A stretch of DNA of 64,000 nucleotides from Camelus dromedarius (taxonomy: Eukaryota), in NCBI RefSeq assembly GCF_036321535.1, contig NC_087437.1, forward strand, positions 37,760,001 to 37,824,000, in the 5' to 3' direction. The notes beneath the pieces are model-generated. The model did no database searches, was not told the origin of the DNA, and worked only from the letters and a program-made list of their open reading frames with translations. The stretch's first letter is position 1. The number at the start of each line of letters is the position of its first letter. The translations under genes and the position numbers were made by a program. Positions 27,855 to 41,660 of the stretch are shown here, one piece after another.

Positions 27855-28465
27855 TGTATCATAACTTTATACTGTGTCAATTTAGTTAAGCTGAAACTGC
27901 ACTTCCCAGAACTCCTTTCCCTTTCTGGTTCCATGAAAGAGTAGGCCTTGAGTGAGATTTGTATGGACTATAAAAGAGAAGATTAAGGAGCAGCCATCAT
28001 TCTTGAAGATTGGCATAGAGCACCAGGCACCACTGCGGCTTGCACATGTTTTTGCTGATTTACGTGCTCACCTTGTTGGGCCTCCAGCTCTTCTAGCTTC
28101 TGTACTTCATCCTCCTTCAGCTCCTCTGACTCTTGAGCCACATACATGTCACTAAGGGCACAGGTTCCTTCTATAGAAGATTGAAATTAGTGAGAGATAG
28201 ATATGGATTCCAGATTGTCCTTGTGTCCTTGGTTCCAGATGACCCCTGTTCTCCTCTGCTTCATGTCCACCTATTATCTTCCCAGTTGCTGCCCGTGTGG
28301 ATGTCCGGTGACCTCAAGACCATCACAAGATACAAAGGTAACAAGTTACCTTGGACTTTTGAGCAGAAGGTGGAGAGATGTTCCACATATCCCCCGTCCC
28401 CACACGTGTATCTGCTCCCATTTTCGATAGACATTTTCTCTGTCTTCCACATTTGTGTAAGAATT
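27855..28465 (+). mobile_element. ERVL LTR, MLT2F-like, with antisense APOA4-like relic
   Basis: Start tgtatcataactttatactgtgtcaatttagttaagctgaaactgcacttcccagaactcc resembles MLT2E/F; 3' end uncertain. Confidence 0.75.
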
Positions 28466-28470
28466 GATTT

Positions 28471-28800
28471 CAGAGTTGTTCCATGAGCTTGCAGCCAGTG
28501 CAGTCACTCAGAACTCTGTACTCAGAAGGGTGCTCATGCTCAGCTGTTGCCGTTTTGAAATTCATAATAATTTTATCTTTGAATGTGTGTTGTGTAAGTA
28601 AAATCTGATGAGACAGTGGAGTGTGGAGCCTTGGCTAACATGTGGACCTGCCTTCTTTGGAGGAGTTCTTGGCTGTCCACTTCCTGCCCTTGCCCAGTGA
28701 CGGCTGCCATCTTCTAGAACCAGCAGCCCCCTGGGTACAAGTATGAGAAGGGTCGAGGTCGAGCACATGCACCCCAAGCATCAAGTCACAGGGCTGGAAG
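28471..28800 (+). mobile_element. MER45-family hAT-Tip100 DNA transposon fragment
   Basis: gtgcagtcactcag...ctcagaaggg...gctgttgccgttttgaaattcataataattttatctttgaatgtgtgttgtgtaagtaaaatctgatgagac. Confidence 0.7.
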
Positions 28801-29635
28801 AATCACTAGGCTAAATTGTTTCTCCCTTGCTCTCTTTCTTTCTCTTTCCAACTTTGTTACAAAACAAATTAGGTTCCTCTCAGGAATTTTGTACAGTATC
28901 CATTGGTGCACATTTATCAGTTTGCTTTTGAAACATATGGAAATCATATTTTATCTTTTTCCAACAATCGGTCATTAAAAATATAAATGGGACTAGGTAA
29001 CCTTATATTCCTTTTTTGCAGTTGAGAATAATGATTGAAACACATCTCAAAGGTATTTGGTTTTAGAATTCTCTTAATGAGGAGAAAAAAATAGATATGA
29101 AAATAGTCAATTTCCAAGAGATTTTGGTGCTATCCACAGAAAAAATAATTTAAGTGATTTATCAGTAAGTTATAAACTTTGAACTCTAACTTTTCTGTGA
29201 TGTCATGGTTTTATTTTATTATATAGAGAAAGGGGAACTTATCCAGAGCTGCTGATGCCTTCATTGAGATGAGAAAAGGAATATCAATGGAGAGAAGCAG
29301 AATGAGGCTACTCTCTACATTTAATAACCTCTCCCCTTCTGATTTTCAGTTTCTTCTTTTCTTGTCAAATTCTCCTTACTCCCCAAGGTCAGTCTAAGAG
29401 TAGAAAAGCACATTTCAACATAATTTAGAATAGCAAAACAATTCTCTTGGCCTGCTCTGACAAAGTCCTCCAGTTTTGCATATTGAAATGGTTGCTTAGA
29501 ATGAGGGAATATAATTTTATATTATGTGCTCACCAATTTTTAATATTTTTTATAGTCTGAAGAAGATGGGAAGATATGAACTGTTGGCTTTGGAAATAGA
29601 AATAGCTGTGTTCAAATTTGTGTCTGCTTCTTATT

Positions 29636-29948
29636 AATTTAGTGACATTGGGAAAGCTAATTAACCATTCTAAGTCTCAAGAAGATTTAATAGTAGGATG
29701 ATAATTTATATAAATTTATTTACAAACTATTTTTAATTTACCTAAGTTAACATGCTCTCACTGTTCAGTTGAGGTGTGTGTGGTGTGTATGCATGTCCAC
29801 ACACAATTTAATGGGTTCAAGAAGCATACGCAGCCATACAGTAGCCATTTTCTTCTGAAGGAGATAAGTTACTGAAAGGAGACTTGGATTCAAATTTCAA
29901 ATTTACCATCCATTAACTACATGACCTTGGATAAGTTACTTAACTGCT
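29636..29948 (+). repeat. Donor copy of a ~313-bp dispersed direct repeat (second copy 43728-44038); MIR-like pieces at both ends
   Basis: Colinear match to 43728-44038; about 38 differences by manual alignment (~88% identity). Confidence 0.97.
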
Positions 29949-31066
29949 GTTTTGTTTTATGCACCACCCATCTTCTTTCCTATACTGGCCAGTTGAAGAA
30001 ATTGCTTGGGTAAAGTGAGTTTCATTCTTGGAGCAGATTCTTTATCTCTTCCAGACCTTTTATTATCCCCTAGCTAACCATCTCATTATGCGTACTGCTA
30101 AGGTCAGAGAAAGGTTGTCAAACAGCAAAAACTTTCTTTGTCTTTTACTGTCATTACTACACATGCAGTATATTCTTTATACACTTATACTAAACCACCA
30201 CTTTTTTCTTTCTTCCTTCTGTCAATACTATGGTATAATAACAATATGAAAATTTTTTTTAAAAATTGTGTACCAGTCTGCTTAGAACATATGTCAGACT
30301 ATTCCTGCAAAGCACTGGGTGAAACAATCCCCAAGAGACATCTGTATTGAATCAAGAACTCCCTGGGGCTATGAATATTTTCTGTTTTGTTTCAGTAGTT
30401 TTTATCTGTCTTTTCTTTTTTCCTTCATCATCTTTACTTGGGAAAAATTTGCATTGAATCTGCAATCAAGCTTACTCTATTTTCCCCAACACAGTAGTGG
30501 AAAAGAAATAAAATGTACAGCCAGCATATCGTTGATACGCAGTTACAGTAATGCTGGTGAATGTGGCATTTATGTGCCTGACAGATGTTTGCCTTTGTGA
30601 TTATTTAGAATTATATTTTCCATTGCTTTTTGGTAATGTATATTAAGAGAAAGCTGAGAGCTGAAAATTTAACTCTGAGTAAATTTTTCACTAACAAAAA
30701 AGTACAAGAAACAAATAACATTATTTTTATTTCTATTATTATCAACTACATCTGATTCTGACAATTTATGTCTGCCAGAGGTCGATTGCCTGCCTCTCTG
30801 TCACAATATGAGTCCTTCACACCCCTTCTTTACCAGTCACCACCGTCTATAAAATCTTTTCTTCTTCCTCAGTAAATTGCATTTTATGTACAAATTGTAA
30901 TATTTCCAAACTTATTTATTATTTATGTAAGTATTTTTTACTGTTGAATGCATATACTTTTCTTTGAAAAATTATTTGTGTACATTGAGATAGAATGGAT
31001 CATATTTTCCCATTACAATTAATGGAGAAATATACAAACACACATATATGTATATACACACATGTA

Positions 31067-31088
31067 TGTGTGTGTGTGTGTGTGTGTG
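31067..31088. repeat. (TG)11 microsatellite
   Basis: Seen directly. Confidence 0.95.
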
Positions 31089-32309
31089 TATAAGCAAAGT
31101 TTTTAGGAACCAGTAAAACTTGTCAACTAAAAAATGAGTATAAATTTATTCCTAAGAGATTGAGAAGCCAATATAACTTTTATTGTCTATAAATGTAACT
31201 TCCTTATTGAATGTCATAAATGAACCTTTACATTGTCATTTGATATTAAATTCTATAAATAACATACTATATGCATAATGTTACAAAGTATACACTTAAA
31301 ATGCATTTGTATAATTGTTATAAATTTCAAATATTATTTGTTATATACATGATGTATGAATCTTAACATTCTGTTTAAAAATCCATGACTTAGAAATAAC
31401 AAAATTTGATAATAAATGTCTAATTTAAAGATGTGAAATAGAAGACTGAACACAGAATCTAGCCTTTCTTCTTAGAAATGTTATATTTAAAGAAATTTTT
31501 TAACAGTTTAACTTCTTTATGCTCATTCATTAGTGCAATTCAGCTTTATACATTATACTATCTTCTTGAAAGTAAATCTTTCCCACATCCTATTGTTTAT
31601 AATAATGGTTCCTTCTACAAAATCTTCCTTAGAATATATGTAAAATGTCTTAGTGGCAATAGTGAGGGTATGAAGGCTTCAACAGCACTTGTGCCTTTGT
31701 CCTTGTAAACATGGATAAACCATAATTTGGATGATGAACTCCTATATCTGTTCATCTGTTCCTCTGTCCACCCATCCATCCCTGTCTACCTACATGTCTA
31801 TCTACCTACCATCTATCTCTGTTAGGTTTATTCATTTCATTAAGAAAAGATAGGGACTTGAAGCTTATTTAAATGTAATAAAGTTCATTTGACCTTGCCT
31901 GAAGAAGCGCTCCATAGACCCTCCTGAATGGTATTATTATTGCATAGGTTACTTAATTGCAACATCTTAATCTGTTGAATAAAAATAGGCATAGTTTTTT
32001 TTAACTAAGGGCAAACTGCATCAATATTTCAGATAGAGACTCCAAGAGTTAAAATATAAATCCTTGAAATAACCAACATACCAGAATCAGAGAAGAATAA
32101 AAAGAAATATTTAGTAATTTGGTTAACATATGAAGGGACCATAGAACTTTTAAACATGGGAAATATTCACTGAGGCTAATTACGAAGTTAAGACTAAGTT
32201 GCCAATGTAATGGCTTTGGCATTAGGAGAACCTGACTCTTGCTCAGATAATAATAGTTATGGTGATAAACCATAATACTATTAATCCTAATATTACTCAC
32301 TGTTACTGC

Positions 32310-32560
32310 TACCATAGCTAACATTTGCTAAAAACTTAAAACTGGCCAGATATTGTGCTAAGCATTTTGCCTTAATAGTTGCACTTGATTTCACATTCCC
32401 AGTGTGAAAAATACTATCACCTGTCTTTTTACAGATGAGGAAATAAGCTTAAAGAAATTTAAAGAAATTTTCCAACAGTTTCTCAGCTCATAAACTGAGG
32501 ATCTGGGATTTTTAAAGCCAGGTTGTTTGACTATAGAATCCACTTTCTTAAGCACAATGC
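32310..32560 (-). mobile_element. MIR SINE
   Basis: gccagatattgtgctaagcatttt...tttttacagatgaggaaataagcttaaagaaattt... Confidence 0.8.
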
Positions 32561-35139
32561 CCTGTTTTGAAAATAATCACCTTCTCAGGATCTCCATTTC
32601 TTTCTTTATAAAATGAGAAATACCAGATTAACAATATCCAATTTTTATGGAAAATCCATTATTTTGTATTACTAAGTATTACAAAGTAAGTGAACATTTA
32701 AGAAGAAAACCTTTTCCTGGTTCTTTTTATTCTCTGTGATAGCACTATATGTAGCTTAAATATTTATATCCACAATACCCTTTGCCTTTCTTGATTAACA
32801 TTTGTGGTATTAGGAAATCACTTTATAAATGTGTAAAGAACACGACATGCACAAAGTAGTCTCCTCTCTTATTCCCACTTCTCTAATTTATTGTTTTGTT
32901 ATAATGTTTTCTTATTTAAGTTCAGTTATTCATTTTGAGGCTTTTTGTAGTAATATGTTTTGTAGTCTATTATTTATTATGTCATTAACTACTATGAAAT
33001 CATATCAATATTTTAATAGAGTTTTCCATTATTGATCATTATTCGGAAATTTCCTAATCACTTTTAGCACTTACAGCAAATTTCCTTCTTGTCTCAAATT
33101 GGTTAATTATTTGTAATAAAACCTCCTTTTCCTGTGGTTCAGACTATCCATGATCAGTTTTTCAATGTTAAAAGCACTCAAGTGGTAATTGAAAGGTCTA
33201 AGGTGTTTTAACAAAATTTAATTTAATTCAGATGAAATTATGAAAAACCATCAAAATTCCATGTAATTCTTGATATATTCAGGTCAGTCTTAGCACTGCA
33301 ACTCTGATATTGTACAAAAAAAGTAAATACCTTACTGATGGCATTAAAAGTCATTATTTTTAATTTGAAAAAAAGCAAGGGAATCACTATATAAGAGTTT
33401 TAAGATTGACATTTTTGTTTTTTAATTTCTCCTTTCTACTTGGCTGATATAATGGCCACTATTATTGTGTGACTTATAAAATCAATTACTTGGTAAGGGA
33501 TTAAAATCTGGGAGCCAAGTTTCACACACTGACTTTAAGACTTGATCGTCTGGAGTAACATTTCAATGTGTGGTTAATAGAAACCACATTTAACTAAACC
33601 ATGCATATGGAACTTGTCTTTTTCCCTTGTGCAGAACATGGTAAATCTCTTCTTTATTGTTTCTGTGGTAACAAGTAGTAAACTTTATTTCTTAAGAATA
33701 TATAAAATGAATTGGAGTTTTTATTTCCCAAAAGCTAAATAGTTAAATTGGGCCAAACAAAAATGTGGACGAGCTTTAGTGAAGATAACATATTTCAAGT
33801 CTGGGATTTACCTTCCAGTTTTATGGGAAATAAAAACAATTTCAGTATACTCCTGTGTTTTTGTGTTCCCTTTTCATTATATTTTAAATAACTGTGGTAT
33901 AAAACACATTTCAGGAAAAAAATGTGTTCTAAGTTTATTATTTCCTCTTTATTACTGATTATAGACACATTATTTAAAATATTGCACATAAACATTCAAT
34001 GACTATAGTTTTTATTAGTGCATTTTATTTTTGTCATAATATATTCCAAGGATTAAATGTAAATTCATAGGTGAATTAATGTCATCCCAACATACGATTA
34101 TCATTTTATAAACTCACTTGACACAACTTGTCATTCTATTTAAATGTGCTCAAAATCATTTATCATAATTTACAAGCAATATTTTTATTAGTGATGTAGG
34201 TTAAAATATGACTGAATGCAGACTGAACGTGACCAAGTCAGTTACAATGATTGTAATAAATTTATTTGGGATAAATTTTTATTGCAATTGATTAATTCAT
34301 TGTGAATATAATTATTTCATTTACAAAATAAAGCTCACTGGCCAAAATAATTAAAACAATCAAACAAGTGACAAAAATTATCAAATTACAAGTGAAAAAT
34401 GTCTCTTTAGTTTATAATAGATTAGATATTTTATGTTTGTTCCATGCCTACTATCAAAAATCTTTTAAGATAGCATAATTTTAAAACATATATATACAAG
34501 ATAATTTAAAGAGTCAATTTGTAAAGGTGGAGGGATAATATAACAGATAGATTAGGTATATTGTTTAAACTCTTACTATACTGGGGTAATTTGAGAACAT
34601 ATGAGATAATTTATTCAAATTTCTCCCTGTAGGTTATGTTGTAATAAATACAGGTAATTAAATTCATAGAGAACTCTCAAGCCTCTTTTCAAGAAATAAA
34701 AATTTTCAGATATACATTCCTCACTGCCCATTTTTATTGCTAATTTTTTGTCACTGAGAGTTTAATGATCAATAGAACAGGACTGAACAGACTTACAGAC
34801 TATACTTAAAAAGATCACTCAACAGAGTGATGAGTACCTGAGGTATATATGTTGAATTCATAATCATGCATCAATAGAGGGAAAACACTCATATGTGCAT
34901 TCAGCATGAAAGGACTGCCTTCTACAGTGGCCTGACAAGAGTGGGGCATTGATAGAGCAGAGCTGGAAGAATTACATACAGTTGGAAATCAATCACATCA
35001 GTGCTGAACAACTTATAGTCACAAATTTAAAAGAAGGAAGGAAAAGGAAAAGAAAAAAAAATCTGTTAGGCTATTTCAGCAACCTAAGCAGTTTCTGGAA
35101 TCCTTGCCTTTGGAGAAACTGATTTTCATTGGGCTCAGA

Positions 35140-36240
35140 AAGAAACATCTATCAAGAGGATGAGAAGGCAACCCACAGACTGGGAGAAAATATTTGCAAA
35201 ACACACATCTGATGATGGACTGTTACCCAGAATATACAAAGGAGGCTTAAAATTCAACAGTAAGAAAATGAACAACCCAATTTTTTAACTGGGCAAAAGA
35301 TCTAAACAGACACATCACTAAAGAAGATAAACATACGGCAAATAAACATTTGAAAAGATGGTCCACATTGTATGCCATCAGGGAAAATTAAAATGAGATA
35401 GCACTATACGCCTATTAGAATTCCTCAAACCTGAAACGCTGACAAAACCGAGTGCTGGTGATGGTGTGGAGCTCTCATTCTGCTGTGAGAATGAAAGATA
35501 GTACAGCCACTTTGGAAGAGAGTTTGGCAGTTTCTCACAGAATGAAAATACACCTTCCAAGCAATTTAGCAATCATGCTTCTTGGTGTTTACCAAGGAGT
35601 TGAATGAGTTGAAAACTTATGCTCACCCAAAAACCTGTGCACAGATGTTTATAGCAGCATTATTCATAATTGCCAAAACTTAAAAGCAACCAAGATGTCA
35701 CTCAGTAGTTGAATGGACAAAATATTTCATTATCTACTTGAACCACAGTGCTATCAAGCCATGAAAAAACATTGAGAACTCTTAAATGCATATTACTAAG
35801 TGAAAGAAGTAAATCTGAACAGGTACACACTATATGATTCCAACTATAGGACATTCTGGAAAAGGCAAAACTATGGATATGGTAAAAAGATTAGTGATTT
35901 ACAGAGGTTGAGGGGAGGAAAGGATAAAGAAGCAGAGCACAGAGGATTTTGAAGTCAATGAAACTAAGCTATATGATAAAGTGGTGGATATAAGTCATTA
36001 TGCATTTGTCAAAACCCTAAAAATGTGCAACTCCATGAGTATACTCTAATGTAAACTATGGATTTGGGGTGATAATAATGTGTCAATATAGGTTCATTGA
36101 TTGAAACAAATACATCACTCTGATGAGGGATGTTGATAGCGAGGTTGTGTATGTGTGGAAGAAAGATATACAAGAACTCTCTGTACTGTGTACTCAATTT
36201 TGCTGTAAACCTAAAACTATTCTCAAAATAAGTGTATAGA
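35140..36240 (+). mobile_element. 5'-truncated old L1 (L1MC-like) 3' end
   Basis: aaggcaacccacagactgggagaaaatatttgcaaaacac...; cctaatgtaaactatgga-like motif; caattttgctgtaaacctaaaactattctcaaaataag terminus. Confidence 0.9.
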
Positions 36241-36469
36241 AAAAGAGAGAGGGAGAGGAAGAGAGGAATAGTGGAGGAGAGACAGAGAGAGCAACTTTGG
36301 AGAATAAAGCCAACCAATGAAGCTCAGAAGAAAAAAAACATGAAAATAGACCAAGAGAGCCAGAAATGATCAAAAATTTCCTACAGCTTTTTTTTTAAGT
36401 CAGGTTGGATGTAGACACAGTCCTATTGGACTAGGAAATATGAATTATTCAAACCTAATCATGAGATCT

Positions 36470-36722
36470 TTACACCCTTTCAGACTATTTAGATTATGAC
36501 CCACATAAGAATTACATTTTACTTTGCGATTCATCAAACAGACATCATACATATGCACAAACATTTGAAAGAAAACATTCACTAAACAATTCTATACTTA
36601 CTACATGCAATGTATTCTGATGCTTTCTTTTATTCAACGTTATTTAAAAACATGCCGGACAAGATTCAGTTAACTGACTTCTTTTTTTGTAACTCCATTC
36701 CGGTTTATGAAACGTCGCCTGG
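36470..36722 (+). mobile_element. MER112-like hAT-Charlie element
   Basis: gacccacataagaattacattttactttgcga...cttactacatgcaatgtattctgatgctttc; subfamily from memory. Confidence 0.55.
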
Positions 36723-38875
36723 AAGCCAGTCTGGTGTTCAGATCAAAGATTGTGTTAGGGTCAGTCACACAAATGATTGCTGTTCTTTGGTATTTTGCAG
36801 ATCCCAAAATGAACAGACAAAACTAATTGAAAATCTTCTGTCTGCTTGGATATTTAGGGGTTGACTTAATCTGAGACTCTAAAGGACATCTTGTGGTTGA
36901 ACTCACACATGAAGAACTGGACTTGGCAAATATTCTATCTTCTGCTCCTCTGGCCAGAATCATAGCACTAATGACTGACAGTTATTGAATACTGACTTCT
37001 AAGTGCATGCTGCCTGGGAATTGATTAGGTTAGCCAGAAGAGTTCCTGATGGTTACATGCAGCCAAGGAAAGTTACACATCATCCCCTGGGTTATTAGAA
37101 AGGAATCTTACCCTACACATAGAAAAAGAAAATGAAAAGAGTTGATGTTGGGCTAAGGATGTGAATGATCACTGGCTAGCACTGAATGACATTTTATCCC
37201 TCTTTGTGGAATACTGCAATGATTTGATTTGGTGAAAAGAGTTTGTACACATGTACTCAATGCTTTATTCCTTCCTATGGCCACAAAAGAAAATTTTGCC
37301 TTTGTCTACTCAGGCTTTTCTATCTTTGATTTCTTTTTTCTGCCACCAGGAACTCCTATTATTTTGCCCCACCACGCAAAGGACTATACTGGAAGGAGCT
37401 GGAGAGCTGCATCTTTACTTGATTAGCTCCAGAGCATGTCTACATCTGAGTAATAGCTGGACTTGTACTGGAGGTAGCAGTGGGAGAAAATCATAACCAT
37501 CATCATCATAGATAGAGAAAGGGGAAAAGGGCTAGAGAGACAAGAATCTGTACAAGGTGCATTGGGGAATGATCTTCTGAGGTTTTGAGAGGAAGAGAGA
37601 ATTTAGAGAAGCCTCTATCCTATTATGAGGGTAAGAAAAAAAGACAAAGGAATTTTATGACATGTTGCCCTATGTTTTAAAAAATAATTCCATTAGTGTT
37701 TTCTTCAGCAATTGCATTAAAGATTTAAATTGCTTTCAGTCATTTTTTGGTTGAAATTCTTGTGTTATTACATTATTTTTGATGTAGTAATAACAATAGT
37801 AGTATTATTATAAATAATATTAAAAGAATACTAAATTATTATTGTATATTTGTAGAATACTATATGCTGGGAGCTAGCTACAAACTGATATAAGTTAAAT
37901 AAAAGCTGAAAATTAAAAGTGTTAAAATCTCTTATAGTTAATTCTTCTAACATTATGTAATACCAAGGATTATTCTTTAATCCACCTCTGGATCTCAACT
38001 CACATTTTGAAGTTACTGGCAAAGGGAGGGATTTAGAATATTAGTAAACGTAAGTACAGCATAGGTATAAATGCAAGGAAGCTAAATTCACTTATTGAAA
38101 ATACATTTTAAATTATGAGTCATTTCATTTTTCTCTTACTAAGAATACAAGTTCAAAGTTTTAAAGGCAGTACACAGTGGCACTTAACAACCTTTGTAAA
38201 GATTAAGGCTCAAATCTTAAAGCAACCAAACAGATAGCCATGACAGTTTAGATATATTTCAACTTTACAGAGTTTTCTTTTTAATGTCTTAGTAGTTGAT
38301 GGCATTGTTAGACATCTTCTAATACCTCCTAGCTCCATCAAATAGTAGACAAGACAGAGTATGAATGGAGATCACTATTCCTTGTGGATTGTGTTTGACA
38401 TGATACACTACAGTGTTTTGAATACTCAGTTTTATGTATCTCTGCTGATAAATGGAAATCTTTATTTTGTCTGTTTTATCTGATTTATTACAGTATTGAA
38501 TTCAGAAACTATACTCAATCCAGTATGATTCCTCATCTGTCTTTCAATTTAAAAATAACTACCAAAACAAAAATCAATGACTATTTAAAAGAAAAATGAG
38601 TCAGATGTAGCCCTCCTTCTCATATAAGGAAAAAAATGGATCCTTTTCTTTATGCAAATATTAGCTGGCCAGGGAGAATCATGCTTCTCAGTACTGGTTT
38701 GATAAATATTAATGTCTATTCCAGTATTAATATTTTGCTTTTAGTTGTGACACCTTAATATTAGCAAAAATGTCATGTGACACAATCATAAACCTGTATG
38801 TTAAAGTTAAACTACATCAATTGTGTGTTGGGCTGGAGGGGAGAATTTTGCTTCCTCCCTTGAAGCATTCTACAA

Positions 38876-39034
38876 CAGTGTTTCTCAATGCCTATTCTCA
38901 GGACTACTGGCATTAGTCACTTGTTAAAAAAAAAATTCCTCATTCCCATTCCTAGTCCTACTGACAAAGAATCTTCAGGAGTCACAATTTAGAACCTACA
39001 TTTTTAAAAAGCACATTTTGAATGAGAAATACTG
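38876..39034. mobile_element. MER5-like hAT-Charlie MITE
   Basis: Terminal inverted repeats cagtgtttctca ... tgagaaatactg; internal cctactgacaaagaatct. Confidence 0.75.
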
Positions 39035-39629
39035 GCCTGTGTTTCAGAATAAATTCACAGTGCACAGAAATCTTTAATGTTCTAACTAGAATTAACTACC
39101 AAGAATGTTACAATTAATAATACCAGATAATTTACAATTAATTAAATTTTAAGTAGAATTTAAATTATATATTTAATCCAATTTGAAATATATCACTATT
39201 TTAAGAACAGTAACAAAATATTTTCTTATCAATTTAGAAATATGCATTAAAATTTTAATTATTTAATAGTAATTGAGAATCTAGTTAGTTAAAAATAAAG
39301 ACATATATAATATGTGACATTAAATTTTAATATTTAATAATACTTAAATTACAATGACATTATATATTCCAAAAACGTTTAATGTTTAATGTTCTCTACA
39401 TAAGATTTGTGCCAAGGAATTTATTTTAAAAAAGACAGCGGAGTTTATAAGATATTATGGGTAGAAGCAGACTTGGGAATCTGCTAGGAAACAGCCCCCA
39501 CTACCATGATGAGAAAAGAGAAACCCAGGGATGTAGCAGAGCCAGGACTAGCACTTGGCTCCTCAGGGCATTTTTTGTTACACTACATGTCATTCTGACT
39601 TGTTATACATGTGCCTTTCAAAATGGCAG

Positions 39630-39810
39630 TAGAGGATGGCGGTTAAGAGCATGTATTTTGAAGTCAGAGAGATCTGGACTTGGAACACTAACTGATCTAC
39701 TTTTGTAACATTAGAAAAATGTCTTAATTTCCTGTATCTCAGTTTTTCAACATATGGGAAGAACAGAACTTTCCTCATTGGATAGATACAAATAGTAAAT
39801 GAGATACAGA
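39630..39810 (+). mobile_element. MIR SINE
   Basis: ggcggttaagagcatgtattttgaagtcagagagatctgg...cctgtatctcagtttttcaacat. Confidence 0.75.
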
Positions 39811-39849
39811 ATTTTGGGTGTCTGACCCCTTATTGCTATCTGCCTTATA

Positions 39850-41660
39850 TATATTCAGATGTGTTTATATTTTGAATTTAATATGATTTTCAGTAGGTAA
39901 CGCATTCAAATAATTTTTGAAAAATCAAAGCAGTATGAAAAAACATATAGTAAAAATTCTCCCACCTTGCCCCTACAAGTCTTCTTCCCCTTACTGATAG
40001 ATAACTGTCTCATTATATCCCATTTTATAGATGAACCATAATATTTATCCAGTACTTAAGTAATGCAAAATCATGTCACTTCCAAACTTTTCTTTTTATT
40101 GCAATGAGTGCTGCAGGAAATAACCTTGTACAGAAAAATATACATAAGTATATCTATAGGAAAAATTCCTAGAAGTCAGATTACTGGGTGAAAATATAAA
40201 TGCTTTTGTAATTTTGATAGATGTTGCAAAATTACCCTCTTTAGGAGTTTTTAATGTGTAGCTTCACTAGCAATGTCTGAGAGTCCTACTTTCCCCATAG
40301 CCCTGCTAGCAGATTATGTTGCCAAACTTCTAGATTTTATACCCAAGTAGGACAAAAAAATGCTATCTCATTGTATTGTTAATGTTCATTTTTCATACTA
40401 GGAATTAGGTTGAGAATCTTTTCATTTATTCAAGACCAATTTGTATTTCCTTTTCTGTGCATAACCTTTGCATATTTTTAGGAAGTGGACTGTTGATCTT
40501 TTTTTAAGTATAAACATCCAGGAATTCTTTTTATGTATTCAGGAGATTGACTCTTTGAATGCAGCGTCATCTGAAATCTTTTTTCAGGTTTTCATTTTTA
40601 GAAATAGATTTTATTTTTTGGAACAGTTTTAGATTTACAGAAAAATTGAAAAGATAATACAGTGAGATCTCAGATATCTTGTACCCTAGTATCCCATTTT
40701 AATATCTCACATTAGTATGGCATATTTATTATAGTTAATGAACTGACATTTATGTATTATTAACTAAAGGCCATATTTTTTTCAGATCACTTTAATTTTT
40801 ACCTAATGGGCTTTTTAGTTTGTTTTGTTTTTGTTTTTCTGTTTCAGGATCCCATCCAAGCTACCCCATTACACTCTGTCATCAGATCTCAGACTCAGAT
40901 TCAGTCTGCTATATGAAATACCATAGGCTGGGTGGCGTAACCAACATACATTTATTTCTCGCAGTTCCGGAGACTAGAAGTCTTAGATATGGGTGCAAGC
41001 CCAGTGGATTTTTGGTGAGAGCCCTCTTCCTGATTATATCACTTAGAGAGAGAGCTCCTGTCTCTTCCTATTTTTTTAAAGGGCGTTATTTTTCCTGTCT
41101 TGGGGACTCTGCTCTCATGAGTTCCTCTTAAACGAATTAAGTCCCAAAGATCCCGCTTCCAAATATCATTATATTGGGGATTAGGGATTCAACATGTGAG
41201 GAATTTTGGGGAACATTATCGTTCCATAGCAGGTTCTTCTTGACTATGAAAGTTTGTCAGATTTTCCTTGTTTTTTTGACCTTGACAGTTTTGAGGATTA
41301 CTATTCACATATTTTGCAAGATGCACTTCTGTTGGAATTTGATAAAGTTTTTAATGATTTGACTGAAATATGGGTTTTTGGAGGAAGATTGGGAAGGTAA
41401 TGTACCACTTTCATCACATCATGTCAACAGCACGTGCTGTCACATGATTTATCTCTGTTGATGTGGACATTGATCACCAGGCCAAGGTTTTGTTTGTAGG
41501 TTTCTCTACTGTAAAATTACTCTCCAGTTCCACCCCTTTTCCCTACTGTTGTCTTTGGAAAAAAGCTGCTATGCTCAGCCAATTTCAGCATGGGGAGTTA
41601 TACTTCCTCTTCTCGAGGAGGTAGTTTCCACTGACATTACATGGAATTGTTACACAAGGA
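39850..41660 (-). mobile_element. Old L1 3' fragments (L1ME-like 39850-40590; L1MC-like 40595-41660), the latter split by a MaLR LTR
   Basis: aaaattcctagaagtcagattactgggt; gaacagttttagatttacagaaaaattg; ttgaccttgacagttttgagga. Confidence 0.75.
40885..41231 (-). mobile_element. MaLR solo LTR (MLT1A-like) nested in L1MC
   Basis: ctgctatatgaaataccataggctgggtggc...tttatttctcgcagttccggagactagaagt...gggattagggattcaacatg...ccatagca. Confidence 0.85.

Noticed and set aside
39100..39400. Extremely AT-rich tract as a matrix-attachment region or origin
   Set aside because: Composition alone is not evidence in an already AT-rich window
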